64,000 bases of DNA from Amoebophrya sp. A120 (taxonomy: Eukaryota > Protista > Dinoflagellata), in contig CAJINV010000021.1 of assembly GCA_905178155.1 (NCBI GenBank), positions 225,760-289,759 of the forward strand, given 5' to 3'. A program made the position numbers and the translations under genes. The notes beneath the pieces were generated by a model that saw only the letters and a list, made by a program, of their open reading frames with translations, had not been told where the DNA came from and did no database searches. Every line of letters begins with the position of its first letter. The first letter of the stretch is position 1. Of this stretch, positions 1 to 13,100 are shown in pieces.

Positions 1-555
1 CACGGGGAAAGCGGGAAGCACGGGGAAAGCGGGAAGCACGGGGAAAACGGCAAGCCAGGGGAAAGCGGGAGGCACGGCGGAAGCGGGAAGCACGGCGGAA
101 GCGGGAAGCACGGCAGAAGCGGGAAGCAAGGCGGAAGCGGGAAGCACGGGGAAAGCGGGGGGCACGGGGGAAGCGGGAAGCACGGGGAAAGCGGGAAGCA
201 TAGGGAAGACGGGAAGCACAGGGAAGGTGGGAAGCACAGGGAAAGCGGAAAGCACGGGGAAAGCGGGAAGCATAGGGAAGGCGGGTGGGAAGCATAGGGA
301 AGGCGGGAAGCACGGGGAAAGCGGGGAGCATGGGAAAGGCGGGAAGCACGAGAAAGGCGCGCGGGGGGCACGGGGAAGGCGGGAAGAACGGGGAAAGCGG
401 GAAGAGCGGGGAAGGCGGGAAGCATAGGGAAAGCGGGAAGCACGGGAAAAACGGGAAGCACGAGAAAGGCGGGAGGCACGGGGAAGGCGGGGAGAACGGG
501 GAAAGCGGGAAGCACGGGGAACCGGGAAGCACGGGAAACCGGAAAGCACGGGGAT
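1..555. repeat. Degenerate ~18-bp tandem repeat (gcgggaagcacggggaaa)n
   Basis: Unit visibly reiterated from base 1 to ~555; the ORFs over it are repeat translations. Confidence 0.9.
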
Positions 556-1400
556 AACGGGATGGAAACACGGGCGGGGGGCGCAAAGAAGGCGGGGGGC
601 GCGGGTAACTAACTAACGCCGCCGGCGGCAAAGCCCCAGGCGAGCAGCTGCCCACCACCCTCCCCCGGCGCCCTCCCTCTGTTCGCGAAGGGAATGCCGC
701 GCCCCCCCCGGCACCCGGTTTGCAGGCGGGCAGCTGCCCACCACCCTCCCCCGGCGCCCTCCCTCCACTCACGTCACCTCACGAGGAGACTGGCAGAGGG
801 CGCCACCGTCCGCCGCCTCTGTCAGTCTTGGACGGTGCGCGCGAGGCTAGCAGGTGGGGGCGGAGCAGATTACTGCATGCGAGCTAACGCGGGGGGTGCC
901 GCCTGTGTCCGGGGGTGCTGGGGGAGGGTGGTGGGCCCCTGCGCCTGGGGGGCAATGAATGCCCCGCCCCGGCGCCCGTGCTGCCTTCATCCACGCGCGC
1001 GGCAGGGCCCCCCGCTCTGCGAGGCTGCGCGCGGGGGAAGGGCGCGGGGGGCACCAAGGCGCGCAGGGGCAACCGGGGCACAAAGGCAGGCGGCACGAAC
1101 GGGCCACGCCGCAAACGCGCGGGCATGGCGTCACGCGCCAACGCCTCGCATGGCGCGGACTGTTCCCCTGCTTCCTCCCCCCGTCCACTGGCGCCCGCCC
1201 GCTGCCGCGCTTTGCGTTGTTGCCTGGGCCTAAGGCTTGCCGCCACGCAAATGCACGCCCATGCGGGTGGGGTCCTAGCGCTCGCGCAGAGACTGGAACC
1301 ACGGGCGCCATGGCGCTCCGCCTACGTTCTGGCAGCAAGAAGCGGCGCAGATGCCTGGCCCCGCCCTGCATCAAAAATTTTTTCCCTTGCCCACCCTCTG
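556..1400. other. Very GC-rich non-coding block, possibly the right end of a TIR transposon
   Basis: Composition unlike the flanks; ~35-bp internal duplication (644-678 vs ~730-766); ends ...ccctctg like the element at 31978-32981. The other end is outside the window. Confidence 0.3.
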
Positions 1401-1500
1401 GCGTTTTTGTTTCCCCCCTGTCCACTCGTTCACCCTCCCACTACGCGACATAAGCTGCGGCCTTGTAATAGAGGAAAGCGATGGCGTCGCACTAGAGGAG

Positions 1501-4500
1501 ATGAACAAAAGCAGCGGTACACCACATAACCTGTGGAGGTCTCCGCCACGGGCGGGGCGGGAAGGTAGTGCAGTTGTACCGGCGTCCGCGCCCTCCGGCA
1601 ATGAAGGAGTTGCGAATAGTAAAGCTGCAGGTAGGTCTTCCTCATCTCCAGGCCGGGATGAAGGCGGCAGGCTGGCGTCTCTTGCAAGGATTTTTCGCAG
1701 CACCTACCAAGACATCCGAAGTCATTCTAATTCGACGAAGACGCTGCACCGGAACATCAAGAAGTGCGGCACGTTGAACTTTTTTCAGACCGGTGAAAAA
1801 CAGAAGGGAAATGTGCTACATTTGGCCACTTTGGACCCCCCGGTCGGTGGTGTTTTGCTGACGAAAGCGACGAATGACGATTGGGTGCAGCCGGAGGAGA
1901 GTTCGTGGCTGGGGGAACTCCAGGGGGGCAGGCGGGATGATGGGATGCTGGATATTACGGGGACTACCGGCGCGGATAAAATAAAGGAAAATCCTGAGCT
2001 GCAGCAGCTAGCACACCAACGTCTTCAAGATGACACAACCAGCGCCAGCGCCGTGGCAGATGAAAGCGAAGAGACACCATTCTCATCTTCCCTCACTTTT
2101 ACGGTGTCCGCGTCGCAAAACCACAACTTCACCGGCAAGGTGTTGCAAAACAGCAACGCCAAGACTCAGGAAGACTACAAGCACAACAAAAATCTTCACT
2201 CCCTAAAGCCGGTGGAGCAAACGGGGAAGTTTTGGACGAAAGACCTCGCCGGCTACCGGAAACTACACGAGAAAGGGAAGCTGTTTATGTACCATTCCAA
2301 AAACGGGCACAACTACCTCGACGAAAAGGAGAAGCTGCTGGTGGTGCTACCGTTTCTGGCGAACGATCCAGAATTTCACGCAAAAATGAACACGTTGAGC
2401 GGCCCGGGGGGGAGAGCGGACCCGGAACTGCCGGAAAAAGATCGTCTGTACAAATTCGACCTCACCGACGCGCGCTTGGGTACTAGTAGACTCACGAGGA
2501 CGTTCTTCTCTTCGTCGCGGTTTCTAGTACTTAGCTGCCGCTGCTGTGAAGATCAAGATCTGTGCAGATGTCGCAGAGGCCGCAACTTTATCTGCAACGG
2601 CACATGATAAAAATCAATTTGTCTTCGGGTCTGTACGAAAGAGGAACAGAAACCTTCAAAGACAGTCTAGAAAATGTCGAAGAGTACTAGCACAGCTGCA
2701 GAAAGCTAAAGCTGAGGTAGCTGACCTAGTTGCACGACCTGGAATTGTTCATAGTATATATAAGTAAAAGTTCGAGGATCTTCCATTATACGGGCTGTAG
2801 TTGCAACGCAGTGACAGTTTTTGAAACGCAAGCGCCTCGGAATTTATTTCCCTCACCAGGTCCTTCCAAGTGGAAGCTTGCCATGGACTGCAGCGGGTCT
2901 GAGTCCCGGTTTCTGAAGTGTTTCCGCCCCTTTACGGCGAACGACCCCACGAAGGGCTACGTGGACTTCGCGGAGGGCTGGAACCGGAAGCAGGACTTGA
3001 TCAGGACCATTCCGCCGAAAGCCGGGTCCACCTCGGTGAAACCCCGAGTCGAAATCTCCTTCTCCACCGGGCCGCCCACCCCGAAGGGTCGCCCGGCGAT
3101 CCGGATCACGAGCGAGAAGGCCTTCGGCCCGGGGTCGCTGTTCGTCGTCGACGTGGAACGGATCCCGGTGGGGGACGGGACCTGGCCCGCATACTGGACG
3201 ACGATCCGGGGAGGGGTGGACGGCTGCGGCTGGCCGGCGGGGGGAGAGATCGACATGTTCGAACACGTGCAGGTACATGTAGTAATAGTTAGAAGGAAAG
3301 TTGCAGCTTCACCTGTTGTAAGTATCCTACTTCGACGAGGACGAGAGGTTTGTATCCTTAACACCAGCATATACACCGTAGATTGAACAATTTCAATTTG
3401 ATTAAAACTGTTTTGCAATGTTCATGAGCATGTGCATGACATACTGGGACAAACACAAAGAACAGCACGCGCACGTGGTCAGCGACGGGAAGAAACTACT
3501 TACGACCATGCAAGTATATACAAGTGAGAATAATCAGCACCGTGGTACTGTTTGCAGGGAAGCCATTTTCTGAGCTGCACTTCTAATATAAAAAAACAGG
3601 GATGGGGCATGGAGAACATGGTTTCTACGTTGCACACCACGGCCGGCTGCACCATGCCCGTTCCGGGCATCACCAACGGTGGTAACTGCGAGGGAAATAA
3701 CGGGTGCGGCGTCACTGCGCAGTCGGTTCCCTCATATCAAACAAAAAAGGTTCCTTGTCACGTTCACTCATGCGCATTTTTCCAATACAAAACTGTCTGT
3801 CATGCGTAAAATAAATGCATCACAGCCAAACTCCATAAGGGATTTTCCTAGTGTTTTTGCAGTACAAGAAAAACCTGTGATGCTGGAAAAATTTCTCATA
3901 CAAAACCTGCACGTTAGAGTTAGTGACTGACAAACTTTTTTCTTTCCATACCTCAGGACACAAATTCAATGAGCAGGGCGGGGGCATTCATCTGATGGAA
4001 TGGTCGAGGAACCCCCCGGCGATAAAAATGTACTGGCTAGACCGCGTTGTCGCCGAGACCCTGGACGAAGAGAGCATGAACGACGGCTCGTTCTGGGAAC
4101 ACATTACCAGCACGAATCAGCCTTATGTGGTACTAGTATTTTTTAACGTGTTGAACTAGTACGGTGTAGTAGTTGTAGCATAAGAACCGCTCTTGCTTGT
4201 TTCGATGACAGACAAACACAGAGGCATCTCACATGATAATTTGCATTTGGGCTTCTGCTCACATTCTACATTTCATTTTTTGCTTACACGCATCAGAGCC
4301 TCATTGGCAAACGAAAAATTACGCTTTCGACAGACATTTCCGCTCGAAGGCAACTGCCCGATGGCCAACTAGTATGAGTGGGAAGGCTTGCATAGCTTCG
4401 AGTCAAAACAAAAATCACAATGGTACACTGTCATGCACAAACCGCTACCCCTAGCCCTACCTCACGTCACGTCTTGGTCTTGCAGCATTGCCGCCAACTC

Positions 4501-4813
4501 GAAGTTACTTACAGCGGTGTCTGCTACTGCTTTCGCTTTTGACTCAAAGAGGTGTTTTTCTTCCCTTGTCCATACCCATTTTTCGCCCCAAACCTTTATC
4601 GTCGACACCACGTTCTGCGGCGAGTGGGCGGGCTCCATCTTCGCCCCCCCGGGGGGACCCTACGGCCCGGAGGGGTGCATTCAGACGGTGCAGGATCCGA
4701 GTTACGGGGAGAACTGGGAAACGCCCGCGCACCCGGATCTGTCGCGCCGGTTTATTTTTCGGGGCGTTCGCATTTTCTCCGAGGACGGAGAAGGTATGGA
4801 TTGGGAGGGGTAA
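1501..4813 (+). CDS. Glycoside hydrolase family 16 (endo-1,3(4)-beta-glucanase-like), 6 exons
   Basis: Exons ~1501-2479, 2860-3272, 3600-3734, 3956-4129, 4334-4371, 4579-4813 join in frame. Motifs DPTKGYVDF, GTWPAYW, WPAGGEIDMFE (ExDxxE), FNEQGGG, DTTFCGEWAG. Start codon uncertain. Confidence 0.85.
3735..3950. mobile_element. TAT...ATA introner (non-canonical intron), 5-bp TSD CCTCA
   Basis: cctca at 3730-3734 and 3951-3955; imperfect IRs; removal gives SVPS/GHKFNEQGGG. Confidence 0.85.
4373..4574. mobile_element. Degenerate TAT...ATA introner (predicted intron 4372-4578)
   Basis: IR tatgagtgggaag vs cttcccttgtccata; removal gives CPMANY/FSPQTFIVDTTFCG. Confidence 0.7.
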
Positions 4814-6197
4814 GTCAACGGAACAAGAAGAGAGTGAAGCTTGAGGAAGGACGAGATCTGTTTGTATGAATGTATTGTCATTGTGAATTTTGAATTTTTA
4901 TTTTTTAGGACGTCCCAGAGCCTTGAGATTCTGTTTCTGACTACAGAGAAAATCACCGAATGTATGTAAATAACATTTTGCCTAAGTCCTTTCTTGGGGG
5001 TCCAGCACCATTCGCTACTCGACGGAGCACTCTATCTCGAACGAAAATCTGAATCATCTGTTGAAACGCTTGAGAATACTTACTACGCTTCTTCGCAAAT
5101 GTTAACCTGCGTAGCATGCAATTTTTGTGTCCACGACGGTACTAGTAGTTTACATGATTTACGTTCCGCAAGACGTTATCTCTCGTCTCGACTCGTCAAC
5201 CGAAAATGACACCCAGGGTGATGAAGCGGTATTTAGACAGACTGCGCTTGAGCAGCAGGTGCGGTTGTTTTTATTGGACCTAAAACTAAAGAATAAAGTC
5301 TGACCTCAGCTTGGGTATATGTACCTCAAGTTGTGGAATGCTGAGTACATAACATGATAATTTGCGAAACCACGACGAAAAACTACGGGTAGTTTATTGT
5401 AGACTAGTTGCATTGCACCCCTACACAGTGCGCCCGGGGCTATGTTCCACTAATCGCAAGGATCATAACTAAGTCGATGCTCTTTACTTCAGCAGAATTT
5501 TATTTCTACGACCCTAGACTTCTTGTTCTTACAGGAGTCGATTCAACGTTATTTCGGTTTGTCCTCGCCGTCGTCCCGTTGCATCCGCAGCAGTGTTTCG
5601 TCTTCTTCAGACATGTCGTGTTTCGTCTTCTTCAGACAGTCACTTCTAGGTTTTTAGTTCAGCTTTTCCACTTAGAAGTCAATCTCAGTATATCCCCGTC
5701 CGTTGGAGGTCGTCAAGGAAACCGTTTTCGTCCATCACGACAAAAAAGGTCTAATTGACTATCGTTCCTCTCCGAGGAGGTCGAGGTCCAGGTCCTCCAT
5801 GTGTGTCGTTGTTCTCCGTAATGGGTTCTTCGCCGTCCTCCTATTTTCCGTCCGAGAGGGCTTGGTCCTCTGCGTCCATAGCTTATCGTCTTACTATTGG
5901 TCTTTCGTCATCTGGTCGTGCACCTCACGAATTAAGTACGAGTGCGAATGGCTCGAATTCTAATTGTTGTACTAGCAACGCCAACAGGCTACTTGATTCT
6001 TGTTCGGCTTCCGATGTCCGGATCATCTTCTGTTTTACTCTTTTTCAGCAGTCTTGCCCGACAGACCATTTCCATTTGAGCGCATAAAGCATTCATCACC
6101 AATGGTTTAGTATTGTCGACACTTCTATTTCGAACCCTTCAGCATCTTCTTCTTCTAGGAAGGTCCAAAATCAAAAGACATCGACGCAACCAGGACT

Positions 6198-8644
6198 ATG
6201 TCGCCGCACTGCAACTGCAAGAGCTGCAGCGCAAAAATGTCGCTGGGCGCGAGGAGCCGCGGTGGAAAGATTGCATCTGTGGCAGTTGGTTCTGCTGCGT
6301 TACTCCACCAAGATAATCTCCTTCCGGTACACCCTGGCATGAAAATACTACAAGTAGATGCAGCTTCTGCGCATGAAGATTTTTCTACCACCCCGGCCAA
6401 GAACAGCAAGAAGCAAAAAACGCTTCTCGCCAAGAAAAATAATATCTCCTCCGCGTCCAGCACGACCACGAAGATCACGACAACCTGGAGCAGACTGAAA
6501 GCGAGCTTTTTGGCGAAGAAAGTACAAAAGCACAAGCAGCGTTGCAGCGGCGAGGACGAAGATCATAGCGCGACACGCGGCACCACAGGAGGAGCCTCTA
6601 CTAGCACCACCGTGGCGAAAGTGGCGCCCCCGATTTTCGACGCGCCTCCTTCTTTGTACTACTCCAGCAATCTCGCGTGCACGGCCGCGGACGGCGGGGA
6701 CACGCGGAAGTGCACGCCGAAGGGCAACATCCAGTGCCACCAGGGGACGACCGAGGGGGCGTGGTGCGACGAGAGTGAAAAGGCGTCGTGCAACGAAATG
6801 GGCGCCGCGTCCGACCGGGCAACGGACGCCGACTCGGCCGACACGGGCTTCGGCTTCATGTGCCCGCACATGATGATCGGCAGCTCCGAGTTGATCGCGG
6901 CGGCGCAGGCGGACGGGCTGGACCCGAGCGTGCACGCCTATGGCGTTGCGACCTTCGACAAACTGAAGTGCGGGCAGTGCATCGAAGTGCGGAACCGGTT
7001 GGCCGGCCAGGAGCCGCGCACCATCAACGCCCTGAAGCGCGCGCCCGTTCTCACGGTCCAGATTTTCAACTCGGTGGCGGAGGCGGTGGACATTTACATG
7101 AGTGTTGGGGGCCTTGGCGCCCACAACGGCTGCCACGCGGTGGGGGGCTACACCCAGAAGGCCTCGCAGTACCACGCCTACCCCGTGGGGGCGAACCAGG
7201 AGTGGCTGCAGTATCTGCACGAACACCACGGCTACAAGGAAGCGAACGTCGATCTTCAGCCCACGGTGATGGACGCCGTCATCGCCAATCAGGGGGGCAT
7301 CCGGGGCGGCAGGTCCTACGCCGAGTGCGCGGACGCGGCCCTGCAGAGCGGGAAGGATTGGAACCACGTGCTGAACCAGTGCTGCCCGGACGGCAACGGC
7401 TGCAACGGGGGCGGGGGCATCTGCATCCGCGACAAGGCCGCCTGCGACGTCATGTTTCAGGGGAAAAGCGTATCAAATGTAAAAATGTCTGGGTCTGGAA
7501 GAATCCAAACTTGTGATGCTGCATTTGGATTCCAAAAAAATCTGTATTGCATGACCAGCAAAGGGAATGCAATTTTGGCTACGCGGAGAGGGCGTTTGTC
7601 ATGCGGAATAGGTATCACGAAGCCCTCAAAAAGTCTGTGATGCTAGGGCATGCATCACAGACATCATGGCCCATGCAAAACTAGGGCAGATCACAATACA
7701 GGGCCACCCTCGTTTTCACCTCCAGGGGGGGCGCGGGGACCTCGCTTGCCATCTAGCTTGTTTCCACGCATGAGTTTTTGCATGTTCCAAGTCCTAGGAC
7801 TTTCATGGGCTCACGCACATCCGAGATCGGGGGGGTAGGAGGGGGTCTCCAAGCCAAAAAAAAACCTCCCGAGCGGAAATAGGGAATTATAAGGTGCAAA
7901 ACGTGCATGACAAGTCTCAGAATCTTCCAGACCCAGACATTTTTACATTTGATAAAGCGACCACACGCACCTGAAAGCGTTGGAATCCTGCCGGTGGACC
8001 TTCGACCACGACCTGCATTGGAACCGCCCCATTCAGTACGCTCGCGACATGACTTGCGCTTGCCAAGGAGTTGTTTTGGACGCGTAGAAGTATCACTTTC
8101 TCAAGTATAGTTTGCATTCATTTATTCTTTTTTTTTATTTCGTAGTGTGAGCGTGAGGGTAGCGTTACCGTTAGTGTCACCAGTACTCACAACTTCCAGC
8201 GAACCAGCAGGAGCATAAAACATGCTAATTCTATGTGGGGGGGCAGCTCACACTTGTATGAAGACGCCTATAGCTTTTGCAGCAACGCCAACAACTACCT
8301 AGCGATCGCAGGCTTCTTGTCTAGACTTGCATACCGTGTACCGCATCGTCCCCTGTCCGGCGTCCCTCGTGCGGGTGACCGGCTTGATGCCGTCCCACAG
8401 TCCGCCCATGCCCGCTGGACCAGAAGATGGGTGGCAGGACTCGAGAACGACCACGATGGAGGACTGCTCGCTTCCCACCTGCTCCAGGTCTCCAAACACC
8501 AACAACACGCCCGACCCGCCAGGCTACCAGAAGTGGCACAACGCGATGTACAGCTGCGACGTTTTCGGCGAAGTGCTGACCATGAAAAACCGGAAAACCA
8601 ATCTCGACACCTGCGTGGACACCAGTGACGCGTTTTCCGCATGA
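6198..8644 (+). CDS. Cys-rich GH45-like endoglucanase, 3 exons
   Basis: Exons ~6198-7470, 7960-8035, 8338-8644. Motifs CGQCIEV, LTVQIFN, VDIYMSVGGLG..NGC, SCRWTFD, YRIVPCPASL..VTG resemble the GH45 double-psi barrel. Start uncertain. Confidence 0.7.
7471..7954. mobile_element. Introner family 1, perfect 32-bp TIR, TSD AAGCG
   Basis: tatcaaatgtaaaaatgtctgggtctggaaga at 7471-7502 and its reverse complement at 7923-7954; aagcg at 7466-7470 and 7955-7959; removal gives GKS/DHTHL in frame. Confidence 0.95.
7682..7894. mobile_element. 213-bp insertion nested in the introner, 8-bp direct repeat TGCAAAAC
   Basis: tgcaaaac at 7674-7681 and 7895-7902; segment absent from sister copies at 15425 and 57164. 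Confidence 0.75.
8036..8337 (+). other. Non-canonical intron (GTAC...ATA-CCGT), probable decayed introner
   Basis: Removal gives RPIQ/YRIVPCP; ends 4 nt after ATA, like the other introners. Confidence 0.65.
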
Positions 8645-10183
8645 GGATGTGGAGAGGTAGCTTGTTTTCTATCTGTGAGCAGTTTTGAATTCATTTGTGA
8701 ATGTACCAGTTTCAGTTTCATCACCTGCATCATCACTTTTTCATCTTGTATCGATCTGTGTCTCGCTTCCCATAATACGAGAAAATGAACAATCTTCGAC
8801 GAGGTGAAAATTTCTACACCTCGCAAAAGAATGCGAAAATGAAAAAACTACATCCAGTTTGACAAAGCTAGCACATGTTGAATATCAATACTTCGATTTC
8901 CATTCCATGGCATCAATGGGAACCTGGGTTCGGTTGTTGCCCATGCTTACCATCACACAATCATCTGCAGTCTCAAGCTACTAGTATCGCAATCATTTTT
9001 AACGCAATAATTTTTTCGAATCTGTGTACTACTACTAACCGAAAAGAGCGACCACAAGAGCTATCGGCCCCCAGTAAATTGCAGCGCCGTCGTCCCACGT
9101 TTAACTACATTCGGATTCGGTCGTCAGCATCGCAATAACTTCCATTTCCATCAATGACGGAACTTGTTCTTTCAGCCATTCACTATCGGTGTTTCACAAG
9201 AAATATTGTGACACGCAAGCCCCCCGCAAAGTTTGCTCTTGAATGATTTAGTTCGATTATGATTTCCTGTATCGTCGCGAGCAGACGCAGATGCAGCTCC
9301 GAGACGCCGCTTCCAGAAGTGTTCGCCTCCGCTGCATAAAAAAACCCAGGAAGCGCTCCTTTTTCTACAAAGATATAGATATGCAGAATTATGCAAGTAC
9401 TTCCTCGCACCCGCACGCGCAACTGATGACCAAAAAAACTTGCAGTGCGGTCATGACTCTCGATCCATGAAGATGTTCTTTTTTCTCATTGCTGCTGTTC
9501 CTGCTGTTTCCTTGTATCCGCGATCTATCAGCACCAAGAGCTCCCGTTGCGCTTGCCTCGTCGTGTGGTCATCGTGATTGAAGGAAGATCCTGTGAAGCT
9601 TGATGACATCCCTTCTCTTGTTGATTTTGGTCCGATGGTTCTCGATATGTTTAAGTATCTCGCGGCGAATGCGGAATACACGGGAAGAAGGACTGCAACA
9701 AGCGAAAAAACAGTTCTGATCTAATATTTGTAGTTGGTGTCTTCCTAGGTGGTGGTCAAGGTCCGTCGATTTCTAATTTCTACATAATCCACTTCTAGTT
9801 CACTTCATCCATCGTGTAGTTCTCCTATTTTCAGGGTTCTGAGACACTTAAAAGACGCGCCTACTTCAAAAACTTACCGTCGTTCTTTCATAGTCATCAT
9901 GAATCCAACCGCGGCTAAGGCTCATAGAAGTATGAGTGCGGGACCGTCGCCCGATACTACAGAACAAGTAAAGCAAACCAAAAGTAACAAACTACCTGAT
10001 GGGTGTATCTTCAAAATGAACTTGATGGGCATAGTTCAACTACGTAAGTTACACACAATCACTGTTAATGTTATTTTTCACACATAATAACTTCGCTTCC
10101 TTGTTTCGTCTACTTTTTAGTTTAGAGATTGATGATTTCAAGCAGTCCACATTTAATTTAGAATCGTACTATTTCTACAAAAG

Positions 10184-13100
10184 ATGTTCGACGAATCAGA
10201 AGAAGAGGAGGGACGAGCGCGGGGCTTCGCGCTTGCCTCACACGACGAGAAGACACGACCTGGAGTTCCTGACAAAGAAATTGAAAATTCCCCATTCCAC
10301 CCCGAGTCGGTCCACGAGGTGTACGACCTCGAGGCAAAAGAAAACCCGAACCGCCCCGTTGCCGAATCCGTGGATTGGGTCCTCACCTTTTCCCAGCTCC
10401 GGAACTTCTCCTTGGTGATAGCCGCCGAATTGGTGAAATTGCACGACAAAGCAGAAACCGATGAACTTGTCGCGTCTACTACTTCGCGACAGGCTCAAGA
10501 AGGTGAAGGACGACTACAGCGCCGAACGGGGAAAGTAGAAGGACATCATGATGAACACCAGCAGCCGCTGCAGCTCCGCCAGCCGATCTTCGGCGTTGAT
10601 GTGTCTCGGGATAGCGTCTTTTTTCTCCCCCTGCTCCTCGCAGTCTCGCGGCTGGGCGGCATGGCGGTCTTTTTTCTCCGCGCAGAGAGCGAAAGCTTGT
10701 CCCGGAAGGAACGAGACATGTACCGGAAGAGGAACGAACAGGTAGCCGCGTTGGCAGTATGAGAGTGCACTAGTATAATCCTCTTTTTTCCCCTTCATTC
10801 TTTCGGCATGCAAAATAATGCCTAGCGCTCCTGTCTGTGCGTTTGCCTCTGGTGGGCACTGTTGATCTTGATGCATTACAAAGATTCCTAAATGGACCCG
10901 AGTTTCTTGTTGCTATGAATTTGTTGTAGTTGCTGTGGGCGGCGCTCAGGCTCACGCTCCTCTGCTGCAAATGAGCGGGAGAAGGGGGAGTCGTGCACTT
11001 CCATAAGCAGATTTTCGCGTGGATGAGACCTTGTGGATGAATGAGAACTGCGAAACAGAGATTTTGCGGGAGGATGCGGATGTTGCTGTTGATTCACCTT
11101 CATCAACAACCCATCACGACGTCGAAATAGTAAACGATTACCGCTGTCGTGGTCCTCGAGCTGCCCCGGGCTTCCGCTGTGTGCTGTCAAAAGCACGGGA
11201 AACCGACCTGGAAAAGGTCGCAGTGGACTTTCGGGCAAAGACGATACAGAAAATAGTGGGCCGCAGTAAAAATTATTCAGCAACTAGAAATACGACCACG
11301 GCGAGAAGTGTCCAAGAATTAGCAAATAAGACTGATACCATCAGCAGCAAATCGACCGGCGAAGGTGCTTCTGGTTCTGGGATGCCGCAACTGGAGCTGC
11401 CCGAAGATGAAAGCCGCACCGTGGTGCAGGATCTGAACGTACCTGGGAAGAAGGTCAAAAATTTGGGCGGGAAAATATTAAATGCACATCATGCACTCGT
11501 TGAGAAGAAAAACCTGATCTTCCTGCTAATGTACACGGGTGGAACTGTGAAGGAGAAAGTCGCAACGGTCACGCACGCCATGTTTTTGCACGAGTACTGG
11601 AATTACGCGAAAATTGTGCCGCAGGAGTTGTTACTCGGATCATTAAAAACGGAAACGAAGGAGGACAACAACAGCATCTTCACAAGTTCAAGTGAGATGA
11701 ACTACACGACAAAGAGCCGCGTGAACAAGCACAGAGAAGATGAACAAAGAGAAACAAGAAAGCAAAATAAAGTGTTCTGCAACACGTCGCTCTACTGGGC
11801 CGCGTCCACGATTGGGCAGATCTCGATTGCTATAGCCCTCAATGCGACGATCTTCTTCACGAAGGAATCCGGGATCGATTTCGAAGACCAGCGGGAGATC
11901 TTGCAAAAGTATCGGTGCAACATCCTCGGCGTCGCCCCGACGGTGTTGAAGTCGCTCTGTCCGAGTTTTGACGTGCGGAGGGACTTGGGCATATCAAATG
12001 CAAAAATGTCTGGGTCTAGAACAAAACAAGTTGTCATGCTCAATCTGAGTCATGTAAAAATCTGTGTTGCATGAATTCCAAAAGCTGTCCACTTTTGACC
12101 TAGTCGAGAGACAGTCTGTTCTCATGCAGGATACGCATGGTATTGGTAGAATTCATCTCACAGAATGAGAATCTGTCATGCCATGTCCTACATACCAGAC
12201 CCTATGGGTCATGGAAAACCTGCATGACAAGTCTGGCACTCTGCCAGACCGAGACTCTCTTGCAGTTGATAGGGCAAAGACAACGTGGATTTGATCTTCA
12301 CGTGGGGCGAAAAGCTATGCACTGCAAAAGTATCGTACTCGTAGTAATTGCAATGATGCATTACAAATCTTTCTCTGAAGCAAAACCCGCATTACAAATT
12401 TCATTTTTCATGCTGAAACAGCCTAGGGCCAACACGAAACAGCCTACATCTGTCCGAAACAGCCTAGGGCCAACACGAGCCATACATCTGTCCGAAACAG
12501 CCTAGGGCCAAGACGACGCCGTGAGGACGACCACAGGGGGTCCGTCTCAATGATGATGATGATGATGCTGAGGAAACTTGTAATGCATTTCTACGAATGA
12601 TAATGCGATACTTTTGCAGTGCATAAAAGCTCCCCGACCACTTGGCCGAGAAGTTTCGGGGTGTGTGTGCGATCCGCGAACTGCTGATCGCGACGGAGTA
12701 TTGGCTGTGTCTGTACCGGGACCCGTTTGATGAGATGCCCCTTGCAAGTACTGAAACGGGACAACTACAGTCGCAAGGCAGCACATCAGCCCTTCGCTTC
12801 GTCCCATCGCTGAACCTAGGTGTGAAAGTCGTGCCGCAGACGCCGTTGGATTTCAGCGAAGATGAGGAGCCACAACAAGTTGCTCGTCTGAACGATGAGC
12901 AAGGAAAAGGAAGAACCGCGCGGCCAACATCAGCATCAACTACAGCCATTGCGAAGTCGTCATCCTCTTTGACGCTAGCGGATATCGTGAAACAAGCTTC
13001 ACATCAAGCGGATCTACATGGTACAAAACACAATGACTCGGCAACAGCACTACAGACCCATCGCGGAGTGTTGCATTTCCAGGGTGACTTCGTCACGCCA

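Noticed and set aside
227-1529. ORFs over the satellite and GC-rich block (also 31960-33074 and minus-strand shadow ORFs)
   Set aside because: Explained by stop-poor GC-rich repeats or antisense to real CDS.
4994-6100. Skewed-composition region with a short duplication as a gene
   Set aside because: No convincing ORF or splice model on either strand.
9899-10183. Upstream exon for the adenylation gene
   Set aside because: The obvious GT (10044) to AG (10161) join is out of frame by 1 nt; cannot be supported.
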